Below, piece after piece: positions 1 to 12,427 of a DNA stretch of 64,000 nt (its first letter is position 1; every line of letters begins with the position of its first letter). The notes under the pieces are model-generated. The model saw only the letters and a program-made list of their open reading frames with translations. It made no database searches and was not told the DNA's origin. Origin of the DNA: Escherichia coli (GTDB taxonomy: Bacteria; Pseudomonadota; Gammaproteobacteria; Enterobacterales; Enterobacteriaceae); assembly GCF_013315695.1 (NCBI RefSeq), contig NZ_CP054353.1, one strand, 5' to 3'. Position numbers and translations under genes: made by a program.

Positions 1-183
1 GGCAACGGTGCTTCTATTGGCGGTCTGAAAGTGATGACTGACAACGGCTGGTTCGCCGCGCGTCCGTCAGGCACGGAAGACGCATATAAGATCTACTGCG
101 AAAGCTTCCTCGGTGAAGAACATCGCAAGCAGATCGAGAAAGAAGCGGTTGAGATTGTTAGCGAAGTTCTGAAAAACGCGTAA
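1..183 (+). CDS. pgm: Phosphoglucomutase, 3' end (partial CDS entering the window)
   Basis: Frame 1 translates to ...[60 protein letters not shown], recognised as the Pgm C-terminus; stop at 181-183. Confidence 0.85.
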
Positions 184-200
184 ACACATTTAATAAGAAA

Positions 201-229
201 AAGGGCGGTCAGAAGATCGCCCTTTTTTA
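201..229. terminator. Probable bidirectional rho-independent terminator between convergent pgm and potE
   Basis: Inverted repeat GGGCGGTC...GATCGCCC followed by a T-run on the plus strand and an A-run on the other side. Confidence 0.5.
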
Positions 230-239
230 CTTTGCTTTA

Positions 240-1559
240 TTAACCGTGTTTATTTTTCAGTTCAAAGCGTGGTGATACCAGACCATACAGTGTCCAACCA
301 AGGAAGGTCACGATGGAACCGTACAGCATGGCTTCTTCCCCGGATGAGTACAGCGCATAGAAACTGTACATCGCACCAACAAAGGCAACAAAGTTTGCTA
401 CTTTCGCTTTTGACGGTGGCACATTGGCGACCTGCTGAATAATAACTAATGCTGCCATCGACAGAATATACGGGATGATATTGGTCACCACGGCCAGGTT
501 AACCAGCACGTTGAACTGGCTGTTCAGTGACGGGCTAATGGTCATCAGTGCCAATCCACTCTGAATAATCACAATGGTCAACATTCCCTGAACCGGTGCA
601 TCCACTTTGGTTACACGGGAGAAAATTTTAGGGAAGTAGCCTTCATCAGATGAAGATTTAAACACCTGGGCAATGGTGAACTGCCAGCCAAGCAGTGAAC
701 CGCAGCAGGACATCACCATCAGCGCCATAATGACTTTACCCACTTCTGGTGTGAACATCTGTGCGAAGACCAGGCCAAATGGTGCCGTTGAATTTACCAG
801 CTCCATATTGGGCACAATCCCGGCAATCACGTTGGTGGAGACGATATAAATCACTGCCGCACCTAACGTACCGCCAAGGACTGCTATTGGCACGTTACGT
901 TCCGGGTTTTCCACTACTTCGGCGTTGGCACAGGCTGACTCCAGACCAAGGAAAGCCCACAACGTCATAGCGATGGAAGAACCTACAGCGCTAAAGAACG
1001 GCACATGGTGCGGGTTCCATGAGTTAGCGTACAGCGTCGGGCTAAACCAGAACCAGCCGATAATGCACAGACCGACCACCGGAATGATTACCCCCCACAC
1101 AGTAATGCTACTGATTTGCCCGGTAATGCGCGCACCACCAAAGTTAGCCACGGTACAAATCCACAGCACCCCGATGGTCGCAAGACCAATCTGCACTGGT
1201 GACAAACTTGCGCCGAGCAATTCGGTGCCGTAACCAACCGCCGAAATAGCAATTGCGACGTTAGCAATCAGCAGCGAGACACCGTAGGTGTAGTTCGCCA
1301 TAAAGTTACCGGATTTACCGAAAGCATACTCGGCATAACCGCCCATACCACCTGATTTACGGCTGAACATGCCGCATTTTGCGAATGCCCATGCCAGCGC
1401 CATTGAGCCTACGGCAGTCACCAACCAGGAGATTATTGAGATTGTCCCAACTTCGGCAAGCTTTGTCGGCAGCATGATGATACCGGAGCCCATCATGTTG
1501 ACCATCGTCAGTATGGTTAACTGAACGACGCCCATTTTGTTCGATTTAGCCTGACTCAT
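240..1559 (-). CDS. potE: Putrescine-ornithine antiporter (APC family)
   Basis: 439 aa ORF with multi-pass membrane composition; recognised as PotE; sits immediately downstream of speF with a 4-nt overlap, as in the speF-potE operon. Confidence 0.93.
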   Translation of the reverse strand: MSQAKSNKMGVVQLTILTMVNMMGSGIIMLPTKLAEVGTISIISWLVTAVGSMALAWAFAKCGMFSRKSGGMGGYAEYAFGKSGNFMANYTYGVSLLIANVAIAISAVGYGTELLGASLSPVQIGLATIGVLWICTVANFGGARITGQISSITVWGVIIPVVGLCIIGWFWFSPTLYANSWNPHHVPFFSAVGSSIAMTLWAFLGLESACANAEVVENPERNVPIAVLGGTLGAAVIYIVSTNVIAGIVPNMELVNSTAPFGLVFAQMFTPEVGKVIMALMVMSCCGSLLGWQFTIAQVFKSSSDEGYFPKIFSRVTKVDAPVQGMLTIVIIQSGLALMTISPSLNSQFNVLVNLAVVTNIIPYILSMAALVIIQQVANVPPSKAKVANFVAFVGAMYSFYALYSSGEEAMLYGSIVTFLGWTLYGLVSPRFELKNKHG

Positions 1560-3754
1560 AATTTTTCCCCTTTCAACAGGATGCTTTGCGCATCACGAGG
1601 CTTGATGACATAGCACCAAACTTGCTTACGACCATCATGTTCTTCGATATAGACACCCTGAAGCTCCGGTGCAAAACCTGGCAGCAGGTTGATCCCTTCT
1701 TCCAGAGCGCTGAAGTAACGCAGAACAGCACCACCCCAGATTTCACCCGGAACAACACACAGCACACCCGGAGGATAAGGAAGCGCACCTTCTGCAGCGA
1801 TACGGCCTTCTGCATCCGGCAGACGAATCAGCTCCACTTCACCGCGTAAATAGGCGTGGTTGGCTTCTTGTGGATTCATGCTGACGCGTGGGAAGTGTTC
1901 CTTACGAAACATCTCTTTTTGCAGTTGTTTCACGTTGTGACGGGCATACAAATCATGCATTTCCTGACACAACTGACGCAGGGTATAACCGGTGTAGCGC
2001 TCTTCATGCTGTTTGTAGATGGAAGGCAGTACTTCTGATAATGGCGCGTCGGACTCAAGCAGTTTTTCGAAGCGTACCAGCAGAGCAGCAAGTTGCTGAA
2101 GTTTGGCCATATCTTCTGCCGGAGTCAGCAGAAAGAGGATGGAGTTAAGATCGCATTTTTCCGGCACTACGCCATTTTCGCGCAGGAAGTTAGCAAGAAT
2201 CGTCGCGGGTACACCGAACGCTTCATATTCACCGTTACGTGCATCAATACCTGGGGTTGTCAGCAACAGTTTGCACGGATCGACAAAGTATTGATTCTCT
2301 GCATAGCCTTCAAAAGAATGCCAGTGCTCACCTGGTACAAACTGGAAGAAGCGCAGATCAACCGCAATTTGCGCTGTTTCATACGACTGCCAGGGTTTAC
2401 CATCCACCAGTTCAGGTACGAATGGACGAATATGCTGACAGTTATCGAGGATCAGTTTGCGGGCATTAATGCCATTTACCACACAATCCATCCACATATT
2501 ACGACCGCTGACACCTTCATGCATTTTGGCGTTGATATCCAGTGCGGCAAACAGCGGATAGAACGGGCTGGTGGAGGCATGCATCATAAAGGCGTTGTTC
2601 ATGCGTTTGTGCGGTACATAACGCTGTTGCCCTTTGATATGGCAGTCTTTTTTATGGATTTGTGAAGTCTGGGAAAAACCAGCCTGCTGTTTATGCACAG
2701 ATTGCGTAACCAGAATACCCGGATCGTTCTCATTAAGATCCAGCAACAGTGGTGAACAGTCCGCCATCATCGGGATAAACTGCTCATAGCCGACCCATGC
2801 GGAGTCAAAGAGGATGTAGTCACACAGATGACCAATTTTATCCACCACCTGACGGGCGTTATAAATCGTACCGTCGTAAGTGCCTAGCTGAATAACGGCG
2901 AGGCGGAAAGGACGCGCCTCTTTTGCCCGCTGCGGTGCGACTTCTGTAATCAGTTCGCGCAGGTAATTTTCTTCGAAGCAGTGGGCATCAATACCACCGA
3001 TAAAGCCATACGGGTTGCGTGCGGTTTCCAGATAAACCGGTGTTGCACCAGCCTGTAGCAACGCTCCGTGGTGGTTAGACTTATGGTTATTACGGTCAAA
3101 CAGCACCAGATCACCCGGTGTCAGCAGGGCGTTTAAAACCACTTTGTTGGAAGATGAAGTGCCATTTAGAACGAAGTATGTTTTATCGGCATTAAACACT
3201 TTTGCCGCATGTTGCTGTGCAATGCATGGCGCGCCTTCGTGAATCAGCAGATCGCCCATTGCCACATCCGCGTTGCACAAGTCAGCACGGAACAGCGCCT
3301 CACCAAAGTATTCTACAAACTGATTCCCCGCCGGATGGCGACGGAAAAATTCGCCGCCCTGATGACCGGGGCAATCAAACGCGCTGTTACCCTGATTGAC
3401 ATAATCGACCAGTGCGCGGAAGAAGGGCGGGCGCAGTTGAGTTTCATAATGGCTGGCTGCGGTTTCTAACTGACGACCATAAAATTCTCGTCGCGATTCG
3501 CAATTCTCAAAGACACCCGAAATACGGGGCAAATACTCTGCGGGTACACGTTCTTGATTTTCAGTAGCAATAAATACCGGGATGCCATAACCCGTGGCAT
3601 CGATTTCATCGAGTTTTCCGCGTGTAACATCGTTGAGCGATAAAACTATTGCCGCCACATCGATATTACTGTTTTCATTAATATAGATACATTCTCGCTG
3701 CGTGGTAAAACAGTCCGGGCAAGAATCACTAACCGCAATTTTTAATTTTGACAT
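1556..3754 (-). CDS. speF: Inducible ornithine decarboxylase (PLP-dependent)
   Basis: ORF track gives 1556..3832; start moved to the internal ATG at 3754 (MSKLKIAVSDSCPDCF...), matching the SpeF N-terminus as recalled; fold-III decarboxylase family. Confidence 0.93.
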   Translation of the reverse strand: MSKLKIAVSDSCPDCFTTQRECIYINENSNIDVAAIVLSLNDVTRGKLDEIDATGYGIPVFIATENQERVPAEYLPRISGVFENCESRREFYGRQLETAASHYETQLRPPFFRALVDYVNQGNSAFDCPGHQGGEFFRRHPAGNQFVEYFGEALFRADLCNADVAMGDLLIHEGAPCIAQQHAAKVFNADKTYFVLNGTSSSNKVVLNALLTPGDLVLFDRNNHKSNHHGALLQAGATPVYLETARNPYGFIGGIDAHCFEENYLRELITEVAPQRAKEARPFRLAVIQLGTYDGTIYNARQVVDKIGHLCDYILFDSAWVGYEQFIPMMADCSPLLLDLNENDPGILVTQSVHKQQAGFSQTSQIHKKDCHIKGQQRYVPHKRMNNAFMMHASTSPFYPLFAALDINAKMHEGVSGRNMWMDCVVNGINARKLILDNCQHIRPFVPELVDGKPWQSYETAQIAVDLRFFQFVPGEHWHSFEGYAENQYFVDPCKLLLTTPGIDARNGEYEAFGVPATILANFLRENGVVPEKCDLNSILFLLTPAEDMAKLQQLAALLVRFEKLLESDAPLSEVLPSIYKQHEERYTGYTLRQLCQEMHDLYARHNVKQLQKEMFRKEHFPRVSMNPQEANHAYLRGEVELIRLPDAEGRIAAEGALPYPPGVLCVVPGEIWGGAVLRYFSALEEGINLLPGFAPELQGVYIEEHDGRKQVWCYVIKPRDAQSILLKGEKL

Positions 3755-4011
3755 TTTCCAACTCTTTATTTTTGGTAATAGCAGGTCCTCAATTTCTCGA
3801 ATGAGAAATCGATCGTGCCGGAAAAAAAGCAAAGTTACCCCGCTGATAAATTAATCAGAAGTTTGCTTTTTTCAGAATGCAGAAACCCTTATCAGTCCGG
3901 TGGCTGATAATACAAGGGTTAACAGAGAATGAGCACTGCGGAATACAGGCATATGCCTGTAATACAGAGAGTCAGGAAGACCTGTACGCTGAAGTGCCCT
4001 TAGTCGGTAGA

Positions 4012-4116
4012 CTAACGGGCATTGAAGAAGTGAAAGTCGAAGCTATTGCGATGAGCAAACTTCATAATATGAGTTGTCCGCCTTATATGGGGCATAGTGC
4101 GGCTGTTATTTTCCAT
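4012..4116 (-). CDS. speFL: speF leader arrest peptide (ornithine sensor)
   Basis: Minus-strand 34-codon ORF read by hand: MENNSRTMPHIRRTTHIMKFAHRNSFDFHFFNAR*, located in the speF 5' leader. It is below the ORF-track size cutoff. Confidence 0.85.
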   Translation of the reverse strand: MENNSRTMPHIRRTTHIMKFAHRNSFDFHFFNAR

Positions 4117-4349
4117 TTAATTTACCTTTCCTGATGTGAATGAAGGTGAAGGTATTCTATCCAGGAAATACGGTTGAACTGTGAAGGTGATCAATAAAAA
4201 ATGATCAATCTTAATTTATTTAATGATGAGCTTTTTACTCAGTAATATAAAATATTGAATTGTTATTTTTGTGTGTTGTTTAAGATAAAAAGCCGTATTT
4301 ATTATTACGGCTTTAATTAATAAAAGGCAGGATGTATTAAAATTAATAT

Positions 4350-5027
4350 TCAAAGCATAAACCGATACCCAATACCGGTTTCAGTAATGAAATGGCGGGG
4401 GCGGGCGGGATCTTGCTCCAGTTTTTGTCGCAGATGCCCCATATAAATACGCAAATAATGACTGTGTTCGACCGCGTTTGGTCCCCACACCTGATTGAGT
4501 AACTGGCGCTGGGTGAGCACTTTTCCGGCGTTGTTGAGCAGCACGGCCAGCAGGCGGAATTCAATCGGCGTGAGATGCACCTCTTCCTCACCCCGGTGAA
4601 TCACGCGGGCGGCTAAATCGACGGTCACATCGGAAAATTTCACCAGCGGATCGGGCGCGGTGGTGGCGGAGTGGCGGCGTAAAGCGACGCGCAGACGGGC
4701 CTGCAATTCGCCAATGCCAAACGGCTTACTCAGGTAATCATCCGCTCCGGCATCCAGCGCGGCGATTTTGTCGCTCTCTTCGCTGCGTGCGGAAAGCACA
4801 ATCACCGGCACCGCGCTCCACTGGCGCAGGTCGCGGATAAACTCAATCCCATCACCATCGGGCAGGCCGAGATCGAGAATAATCAAATCTGGCTTACGGG
4901 TTGCCGCTTCCAGCAAGCCGCGTTGCAGCGTTTCGGCCTCAAAGACGCGCATCCCGTCGCCCTCCAGCGCCGTGCGCAGAAAGCGACGAATAGCCTGTTC
5001 ATCTTCAACAATCAGAACGTTTGTCAC
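4350..5027 (-). CDS. kdpE: Response regulator of the Kdp two-component system (OmpR family)
   Basis: 225 aa; receiver domain (DLGLPDGDG) plus winged-helix C-terminus; 4-nt overlap with kdpD. Confidence 0.95.
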   Translation of the reverse strand: MTNVLIVEDEQAIRRFLRTALEGDGMRVFEAETLQRGLLEAATRKPDLIILDLGLPDGDGIEFIRDLRQWSAVPVIVLSARSEESDKIAALDAGADDYLSKPFGIGELQARLRVALRRHSATTAPDPLVKFSDVTVDLAARVIHRGEEEVHLTPIEFRLLAVLLNNAGKVLTQRQLLNQVWGPNAVEHSHYLRIYMGHLRQKLEQDPARPRHFITETGIGYRFML

Positions 5028-7708
5028 ATATCCTCATGAAATTCTTCAAGTTCAGGGGCAGTTTGCTGGGGAAGTGTAACACGAAAACAGGCACCACCTT
5101 CCGGTCGGTTGAATGCGGTAATGGTGCCGCCGTGTACATCCACAATCGCCCGACAAATTGCCAGCCCAAGCCCGACGCCCGGCACTGCCGACTCTTTATT
5201 CCCGCGGGCAAACTTATCGAATATCGTCTGCTCCTGGCCTGGCGGAAGACCGGGGCCGTTATCCCAGACATCCAGTTGTAGATTTTCGCCCTCAACGTGG
5301 GCATCGATACCAATTTCGGCCTGCGCACCCGCGTATTTCACCGCGTTCTCCAGCAGATTAATCAGCACCCGTTCAAAGAGTGGCCCATCAACGTGGATTA
5401 AGGTCAGCGGTTCTGGCAAAGACAGGTTGATGGGCGATGATAATCCCGGTTCCAGCATTTGCAGCGCGCTGCCGACCACTTCTTCCAGCGTTAACCACTC
5501 TTTCTTCAAATTAAAGCCGCCGGACTGAATTCGCGCCATATCCAGTAGATTATTCACCAGTCGGGTCGTGTTCAGCACATGCTGGCGAATCTCGCTGGCC
5601 TGGCGGGCGTGGGGCGATCCTTCGCTTGCCAGATCGAGCGTTAAGATTTCTGCCTGACCGAACAGCACCGTAAGCGGCGTGCGTAAATCATGCGAAAGTG
5701 CCGCCAGCAGGGCGTTGCGGATCTGTTCACGTTCGCTTGCCATCCGCGCCTGTTCTTCGCTGGCGGTCAGTGTCAGCCGCTCAAGCGCATTGGCGACTAA
5801 CAGCGTAAATGTCTCCAACAGGCGCTGTTGTTCCGGGATCATCAACTGACGCAGATTCCCCGGTTCTACCACCACCAGTCCGTAGGTTTTCTCGCCGCTT
5901 CTTAACGGCAGAATCTGGTACGGTACGCCGGGTAACGTGTCGGTGCCCGCGCCCGCAGGCTGACCTTTATCAAAACTCCACTGCGCGATGGCATCGTCCC
6001 ACGGCGTCATTCCTTGCGGATGTGTTAACGGCTGCAATTTACCGTTGTTATCGGGCAACAACACCTGACTGCGGGCATGAAACGTGGAGGCAATAAATTG
6101 TTCGCTGGTGGCGGCGATGTCCTGCGGACTGCGGCCCACAGCCAGAGCTTTGGACATTTCATATAAGTGCCGTGTGCGTTGTTCGCGGTAACGGGCTACC
6201 CGCGCCTGATAACGCACGCCAGCAGTAAGGTTCCCGATCACCAGCCCGACGGTTAACATCACCGCGAAGGTCAGCAGATATTGCACATCAGAGACGGCGA
6301 GCGTGCCGCGTGGGGTGATAAAAAAGAGATCGAAACTCACCACATTAATGACGGTGGCAACCACTGAAGGCCAGCGTCCATAAAATAGCGCCACCACCAC
6401 CACGCCAAGCAGATACAGCATCACCAGGTTGGCGGCATCAAACGCCATCAGCCACTGCATGGCAATTAAGGTGATAACGGCGCATAACGCGGCGGCAACC
6501 ACGCATCCCTGAATCTGTACCCGCCACTTGTCTTTAAAAGAGCGGCTATCCGGCGCGTTGTTAAGTGTGCGGGCGGGGGGGTCATCAAGTGCGACCAGCA
6601 CCTGATCGAGTTCGGGGGCGATACGCGCCAGTCGGTCAGCAAACGTTTCCCGACGCCACCAGCGGCGCGAGGCCGGGCGACCGAGAATAATCTTGCCGAG
6701 ATTATGTTCACGGGCATAACGCACTACTGCTTTTTCTTCCGCTGGATCAGAAAGTGTTGCCGTCTCCGCGCCCAGCTCCTGCGCCAGACGTAAGGCGCTG
6801 AGAATTGCCCGACGTTTTTTCTCCGGTAAGCGATGCAGGGCAGGGGTTTCAACATACACCGCGTGCCAGACACTGCCCAGGCGCGAGGCCAACCGCGCCG
6901 CCGCGCGGACCAGTTTCTCACTGCCGGTGTTATGCCCGATGCATAAAAGGATCGCGTCGCGTGTGTGCCAGACTTTCTCTTCGCCAGGATGCCCCCGCCA
7001 GGCGCGCATTTGCTCATCTACGCGATCGGCAGTACGGCGCAGTGCCAGTTCGCGCAGGGCGATCAGATTGCCTTTGCGAAAAAAATGTTCAATGGCGCGC
7101 TCCGCCTGCCCGGCAATATAGACTTTGCCTTCTTTCAGCCGCTGGCGCAGATCGTCCGGGGGCAAGTCCACCAGTACTACGTCGTCGGCGGCATCAAAAA
7201 AAGGATCGGGCACGGTCTCCCGTACCTGAATTCCGGTGACGCCGCTGACCACATCATTCAGACTTTCCAGATGCTGAACGTTAACGGTAGTGAAAACATC
7301 AATGCCAGCTTCCAGCAGCTCCTCAATGTCCTGCCAGCGTTTGGGATGACGAGAACCTGGCGCATTACTGTGCGCCAGTTCGTCCATTAAGATCAGTGCC
7401 GGACGGCGGGCGAGGGCGGCATCGAGATCAAACTCGCTGATATGCCGCCCACGGTACGCCTGGCGTTTGGGCGGCAGAACAGCCAGCCCTTCCAGCATTG
7501 CGGCGGTATCTTTCCGCCCGTGGGTTTCTACCACGCCAACCACAATATCCAGCCCTTGCGCCCGCAGTCGCTGGGCTTCCGCCAGCATCGCCCAGGTCTT
7601 CCCGACGCCTGCGCAGGCACCGAAGAAAACTTTCAGCTTCCCCCGATGCGGCGCGGCAGTTTGTTCCAGCAGACGATCGGGGTCGGGACGTAAGGGTTCG
7701 TTATTCAT
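5024..7708 (-). CDS. kdpD: Sensor histidine kinase KdpD
   Basis: Track ORF 5024..7741; start moved to [17 protein letters not shown] (ATG at 7708), giving 894 aa; Walker-like N-terminal KdpD domain, USP domain, TM segments and HisKA/HATPase C-terminus. Confidence 0.95.
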   Translation of the reverse strand: MNNEPLRPDPDRLLEQTAAPHRGKLKVFFGACAGVGKTWAMLAEAQRLRAQGLDIVVGVVETHGRKDTAAMLEGLAVLPPKRQAYRGRHISEFDLDAALARRPALILMDELAHSNAPGSRHPKRWQDIEELLEAGIDVFTTVNVQHLESLNDVVSGVTGIQVRETVPDPFFDAADDVVLVDLPPDDLRQRLKEGKVYIAGQAERAIEHFFRKGNLIALRELALRRTADRVDEQMRAWRGHPGEEKVWHTRDAILLCIGHNTGSEKLVRAAARLASRLGSVWHAVYVETPALHRLPEKKRRAILSALRLAQELGAETATLSDPAEEKAVVRYAREHNLGKIILGRPASRRWWRRETFADRLARIAPELDQVLVALDDPPARTLNNAPDSRSFKDKWRVQIQGCVVAAALCAVITLIAMQWLMAFDAANLVMLYLLGVVVVALFYGRWPSVVATVINVVSFDLFFITPRGTLAVSDVQYLLTFAVMLTVGLVIGNLTAGVRYQARVARYREQRTRHLYEMSKALAVGRSPQDIAATSEQFIASTFHARSQVLLPDNNGKLQPLTHPQGMTPWDDAIAQWSFDKGQPAGAGTDTLPGVPYQILPLRSGEKTYGLVVVEPGNLRQLMIPEQQRLLETFTLLVANALERLTLTASEEQARMASEREQIRNALLAALSHDLRTPLTVLFGQAEILTLDLASEGSPHARQASEIRQHVLNTTRLVNNLLDMARIQSGGFNLKKEWLTLEEVVGSALQMLEPGLSSPINLSLPEPLTLIHVDGPLFERVLINLLENAVKYAGAQAEIGIDAHVEGENLQLDVWDNGPGLPPGQEQTIFDKFARGNKESAVPGVGLGLAICRAIVDVHGGTITAFNRPEGGACFRVTLPQQTAPELEEFHEDM

Positions 7709-8273
7709 CAAGCTTATCCAGCGCCAGATTGAGTTCGACAATGTTGACGACCGGCTGGCCGATATAGTTCACCAGCGGTTGTTGGCTGTATTTTGCGATC
7801 AGTTGCGTGAGCTGTTCAACGCTGAGATTACGCGCTTTCGCCACGCGTGGGATCTGCCAGGCCGCCGCTTGCGGGGTGATGTTATTGTCCAGCCCGCTTG
7901 CCGACGCCGTCACCAGTTCAACCGGAACGCTCGTGCTGGCGTCCGGGTTAGCGGCCCGTAATGCGGCAACGCGTGCGGCTATCTGTTTATCCAGCTCCGG
8001 GTTACTGACTGCCAGATTGCTCCCGCCAGAAGCCTGTGGATTATAGGGCATTTCTGCCGTTGCCGATGGGCGACCATGAAAATAGCCGTTGCCGGTAAAA
8101 TTCTGCCCGATTAATGCTGAACCCCGCACCGTATCACCTTCACGAATCAACGAACCGTTGGCCTGCCAGGGAAACCACCATTGCCCCAGCACGGTGGTCA
8201 GCAGCGGGTAAACGCCGCCAGTGATCAATAACAGAAAGAGAAATGTTGATAATGCCGGACGTAATCCACTCAT
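7701..8273 (-). CDS. kdpC: K+-transporting ATPase subunit C
   Basis: Track ORF 7701..8297; start set at [16 protein letters not shown] (ATG 8273), 190 aa; overlaps the kdpD start. Confidence 0.92.
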   Translation of the reverse strand: MSGLRPALSTFLFLLLITGGVYPLLTTVLGQWWFPWQANGSLIREGDTVRGSALIGQNFTGNGYFHGRPSATAEMPYNPQASGGSNLAVSNPELDKQIAARVAALRAANPDASTSVPVELVTASASGLDNNITPQAAAWQIPRVAKARNLSVEQLTQLIAKYSQQPLVNYIGQPVVNIVELNLALDKLDE

Positions 8274-8281
8274 GGTAAACC

Positions 8282-10330
8282 TCACACCAGACCGCAAACG
8301 GTCAGCAGTAAATCAATGACTTTGATACCAATAAACGGCACCAGCAGCCCACCCAGACCGTAAATCCATAAGTTACGGCGCAACATGGCAGAAGCGGTAA
8401 GCGGTTTATAACTCACGCCTTTTAACGCCAAGGGAATCAAAAAGACGATAATCAAGGCGTTGAAAATGACCGCACTGAGAATGGCGGAGTCGGGCGAATG
8501 CAGGCGCATGATGTTCAGCGCATTTAACTGCGGATACGTTGCCGCGAACGCCGCCGGAATAATGGCGAAGTATTTCGCCACATCGTTGGCAATGCTGAAG
8601 GTGGTCAGCGAGCCACGGGTCATCAGCATCTGTTTGCCAATATGTACCACCTCGATCAACTTGGTCGGATTAGAGTCGAGATCCACCATATTGCCCGCTT
8701 CTTTCGCCGCCTGAGTACCAGAGTTCATCGCCACCGCGACATCTGCCTGCGCCAGCGCCGGAGCATCGTTGGTGCCGTCGCCGGTCATCGCCACCAAACG
8801 GCCTTCCGCCTGATACTGACGAATCAATGCCAGCTTGGCCTCCGGTGTTGCTTCGGCGAGAAAATCATCGACACCCGCTTCCGCAGCTATCGCGGCGGCA
8901 GTCAGGCGGTTATCGCCGGTAATCATCACCGTTTTAATGCCCATTTTACGCAGCTGGGCGAAGCGCTCTTTAATACCGCCTTTGACGATATCTTTCAGCG
9001 CAATAACGCCCAGCACACGAGAACCTTCCACCACCACCAGCGGCGTGGCTCCCTGACGCGCAACCTGATCGACTTTTTGATCGACGTCGGCAGGGAAGTG
9101 ACCGCCGTTAGCCTCAACATGGCGGCGAATGGCATCGACAGAACCTTTACGGATCATGCGGTTGTCGATGTTGATCCCGCTCATCCGGCTTTGCGCAGTA
9201 AACGGTACAAAGGTGGCGTGAAGCGACTGCACATCGCGCTCACGCAGGTTAAAACGCTGCTTGGCGAGGATCACAATACTGCGGCCTTCCGGCGTTTCAT
9301 CAGCCAGCGAAGCCAGTTGTGCGGCGTCAGCCAGCGTTTTTTCATCCACGCCCTGCGCGGGGATAAACTCCGACGCCTGACGGTTACCGAGTGTGATGGT
9401 GCCGGTTTTATCCAGTAGCAGAACGTCAACGTCACCTGCCGCTTCAACTGCACGTCCGCTGGTGGCAATCACATTCGCGCCCAGCATCCGACTCATCCCG
9501 GCGACGCCGATCGCTGACAACAGGCCGCCAATAGTGGTTGGGATCAGACAGACCAGTAGCGCCACCAGTACCGTTACGCTGACCGCGTTGCCGCCCCACG
9601 CGGAAAACGGCCACAGCGTGGCGGTTGCCAGTAAAAAGACGATAGTCAGGGCAATCAGGAGAATGGTCAGGGCAATCTCGTTTGGCGTTTTGCGTCGCTG
9701 TGCGCCTTCCACCATCGCGATCATCCGATCCAGAAATGTCTCGCCGGGATTAACGCTGCACTCAATTACTAGCCAGTCAGAAAGAATACGCGTGCCGCCA
9801 GTGACGGAGGCAAAATCGCCGCCGGATTCACGGATCACCGGTGCCGATTCCCCGGTGATGGCGCTTTCATCGACCGATGCGCCCCCTTCAATGACTTCAC
9901 CATCGCAGGGGATAATATCGCCTGCTTCTACCAGCACGATATCGCCTTTACGCAGTTGATCGGCAGGAACTTTGTCCGCCGCAGCGCCATATTTCGGCTC
10001 ACGAAGCTTGCGGGCAAAGGCAGTTTTTTTCACCCCTTTCAGACTGTTGGCCTGCGCTTTACTGCGGCCTTCTGCCAGCGCCTCGGCGAAATTAGCGAAC
10101 AGTACGGTGACCCACAGCCAGCCGCTAATTGCCGCGCTAAACAGCGCATTGCCAGGCATCGCACCGCTTGCCATTGCGATGCAAATAAAGGTGGTTAACA
10201 GACTGCCGATCCAGACGATAAACATCACCGGATTGCGCCATTGCGCCTGCGGGTTTAATTTTTTCACCGCTTCTTTCAGCGCCTGAACGACAAGTGTTGG
10301 TTCGAATAGCGCCAGTTGTTTACGACTCAT
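8282..10330 (-). CDS. kdpB: K+-transporting P-type ATPase catalytic subunit B
   Basis: 682 aa; P-type ATPase motifs DKTGTLT and TGDN...[10 protein letters not shown] visible in the translation. Confidence 0.96.
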   Translation of the reverse strand: MSRKQLALFEPTLVVQALKEAVKKLNPQAQWRNPVMFIVWIGSLLTTFICIAMASGAMPGNALFSAAISGWLWVTVLFANFAEALAEGRSKAQANSLKGVKKTAFARKLREPKYGAAADKVPADQLRKGDIVLVEAGDIIPCDGEVIEGGASVDESAITGESAPVIRESGGDFASVTGGTRILSDWLVIECSVNPGETFLDRMIAMVEGAQRRKTPNEIALTILLIALTIVFLLATATLWPFSAWGGNAVSVTVLVALLVCLIPTTIGGLLSAIGVAGMSRMLGANVIATSGRAVEAAGDVDVLLLDKTGTITLGNRQASEFIPAQGVDEKTLADAAQLASLADETPEGRSIVILAKQRFNLRERDVQSLHATFVPFTAQSRMSGINIDNRMIRKGSVDAIRRHVEANGGHFPADVDQKVDQVARQGATPLVVVEGSRVLGVIALKDIVKGGIKERFAQLRKMGIKTVMITGDNRLTAAAIAAEAGVDDFLAEATPEAKLALIRQYQAEGRLVAMTGDGTNDAPALAQADVAVAMNSGTQAAKEAGNMVDLDSNPTKLIEVVHIGKQMLMTRGSLTTFSIANDVAKYFAIIPAAFAATYPQLNALNIMRLHSPDSAILSAVIFNALIIVFLIPLALKGVSYKPLTASAMLRRNLWIYGLGGLLVPFIGIKVIDLLLTVCGLV

Positions 10331-10352
10331 ATTCAGTGCTCACTCAATATCA

Positions 10353-12026
10353 TCAGGAGAGATATTCCGCCACCGGACCAAGCGCCAGGGCAGGGATAAA
10401 GGTCAGTGCGCCAACCAGCAACACGGTGCCGATTAACAGGCCAACAAACAGCGGGCCGTGCGTAGGCAGTGTACCGGAGCTGGCGGGTTGGCTCTTTTTA
10501 CTCACCAGCGAACCAGCAATTGCCATCACCGGAATAATCACCCCGAAGCGACCGACAAACATGCAGAACGCCAGCAAACAGTTCCAGAATGGAGAGTTGG
10601 CGCTTAATCCGGCAAAGGCGCTGCCGTTGTTGTTAGCGGCGGACGACACGGCGTACAGCACTTCGCTAAAACCATGCGGGCCAGGGTTGAGCATGGCGCT
10701 ACGTCCGGCGTCGGTCATCATTGCCAGCGCCGCGCCCATCAGCACCAGCGTTGGGGTGACCAGAATCGCCAGTGCAGTCAGTTTCATCTCACGTACGTCG
10801 ATTTTTTTACCCAGATATTCCGGTGTACGACCAATCATCAGCCCGGCAATAAACACCGCCAGCAGGACAAACAGCATCATGCCGTAAAGGCCGGAACCGA
10901 CGCCGCCGAATACCACTTCACCAATTTGCATCAACCACATCGGCACCATGCCACCAAGAGCGGTAAACGAATCATGCATCGCAATCACCGCGCCGCAGGA
11001 AGCCGCCGTAGTCACGACCGCAAACAGGCTACTGACCAGCACGCCGAAACGGCTCTCTTTACCTTCCATATTGATGCTGCTGTCCGCGCCCAGTGCCAGC
11101 AGATGCGGATTACCCTGAACTTCTGCCCACATCACCACGCCTGTGCAGATGATAAAAATCACTGACATCGCCCACAGCAACATGCGCCCCTGGCGACGAT
11201 CGCCCGCCACTTCACCAAAGGCAAAGCACAGCGCTGTTGGGATCAAGAAAATCGCCAGCATTTGCACGAAGTTGGTCAGTGCGGTTGGGTTTTCAAACGG
11301 ATGCGACGAGTTGGCATTAAAGAAGCCACCGCCGTTAGTACCGAGCATCTTGATCGCTTCCTGAGAAGCTACTGGCCCCATTGGTAACAGCTGTTGCGCT
11401 CCTTCAATTGTCGTCACAGCCTGATAAGGCTGAAAGTTTTGCAGTGCACCTTGTTGAATAAAAAACAGTGCGATCAACAATGCCACAGGGACTAGCACCC
11501 ATAACGTGATGCGTAGCAGATCGACCCAGGCATTCCCGAGTGTGCTCATGCTCTGGCGGGTAAATGCACGAATGAGGGCAAAAATCACCGCAATCCCGCT
11601 GGCGGCAGAAAGAAAGTTTTGTACCGTTAAGCCCGCCATCTGGCTGAAATAGCTCAACGTGGTTTCACCGCTATAAGATTGCCAGTTGGTATTCGTGACA
11701 AAGCTGACGGCGGTATTCAGCGCCAGATCCCATGACAGCCCTGGCAACTGCTGTGGATTAAGCGGCAGATAGTGCTGACCGAGCAACATAAAAAACAGCA
11801 CCGCCAGCCCCAGCATGTTCAGGCCGAGAATGGCACAGAGATACTGCTTCCAGTTCATCTCACTGTCAGAGACGCCAGGTAAACGAAAGAGTACGCGTTC
11901 AACACCCGCTGTACCGGGAAGAGGTATGTCATTAATCAGCCGCGCCAGCCCGCTGCCTAAAGGACGTGCCAGCACCATTAACACCAGTAAAAACGTGGCG
12001 ATCAGTAAGAACCCTTGCGCAGCCAT
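10353..12026 (-). CDS. kdpA: K+-transporting ATPase channel subunit A
   Basis: Track ORF extends to 12170; true start taken as the ATG at 12026 ([19 protein letters not shown]...), 557 aa, overlapping the kdpF stop. Confidence 0.95.
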   Translation of the reverse strand: MAAQGFLLIATFLLVLMVLARPLGSGLARLINDIPLPGTAGVERVLFRLPGVSDSEMNWKQYLCAILGLNMLGLAVLFFMLLGQHYLPLNPQQLPGLSWDLALNTAVSFVTNTNWQSYSGETTLSYFSQMAGLTVQNFLSAASGIAVIFALIRAFTRQSMSTLGNAWVDLLRITLWVLVPVALLIALFFIQQGALQNFQPYQAVTTIEGAQQLLPMGPVASQEAIKMLGTNGGGFFNANSSHPFENPTALTNFVQMLAIFLIPTALCFAFGEVAGDRRQGRMLLWAMSVIFIICTGVVMWAEVQGNPHLLALGADSSINMEGKESRFGVLVSSLFAVVTTAASCGAVIAMHDSFTALGGMVPMWLMQIGEVVFGGVGSGLYGMMLFVLLAVFIAGLMIGRTPEYLGKKIDVREMKLTALAILVTPTLVLMGAALAMMTDAGRSAMLNPGPHGFSEVLYAVSSAANNNGSAFAGLSANSPFWNCLLAFCMFVGRFGVIIPVMAIAGSLVSKKSQPASSGTLPTHGPLFVGLLIGTVLLVGALTFIPALALGPVAEYLS

Positions 12027-12115
12027 CAGAACGCCTCCGCATTGATCAGGGCATAAACCAGATAACCCAGTAATAAAAACACCAGCAACACGCCGGCTAT
12101 CACGCCTGCACTCAC
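12026..12115 (-). CDS. kdpF: K+-transporting ATPase small subunit F
   Basis: 29-codon ORF, GTG start, [29 protein letters not shown], verified codon by codon on the minus strand; single TM helix. Confidence 0.8.
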   Translation of the reverse strand: MSAGVIAGVLLVFLLLGYLVYALINAEAF

Positions 12116-12330
12116 AGTGCACCTCCAGTGGCCGAAAAGTGATATCGGAAGGGTAGAATTCTGGCTGCAAAGATTTCGCAAAAATCTGCGGGCGGGGTGT
12201 AAAAAAAGTATAAAAATGGCAAAAGCCATGATTTAACTGATGGTTAGTATTAATTTAACTTTTGTGTAACTTAATTACAGTGTGAATGTAAATAAACCAT
12301 CAATAAGCAAAAATAAGTGGTCGGATGAGT
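12116..12330 (-). promoter_or_regulatory. kdpFABC promoter / KdpE-binding region (location only)
   Basis: AT-rich non-coding interval immediately upstream of kdpF; individual sites not resolved by eye. Confidence 0.4.
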
Positions 12331-12427
12331 AGTAAAATTACACAAAAGGCGGTACTATTTTCATCAGATAAACAAATTCATTTTTCCGGTGCCATTCACC
12401 GGGTAGATACAACAGGGGGAGAAAAGT

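Noticed and set aside
3877-4134. 85-aa plus-strand ORF in the speF leader
   Set aside because: It overlaps the conserved minus-strand speFL arrest peptide, which explains this region; the plus-strand ORF has no recognisable features.
12026-12229. 67-aa extended version of kdpF from the ORF track, and N-terminally extended track ORFs for kdpA, kdpD, kdpC, speF, sdhC, sdhA, tolB, pal, glmS and cydA
   Set aside because: Starts were moved to internal ATG/GTG codons that reproduce the known protein N-termini and have sensible RBS spacing; the extensions run into upstream genes.
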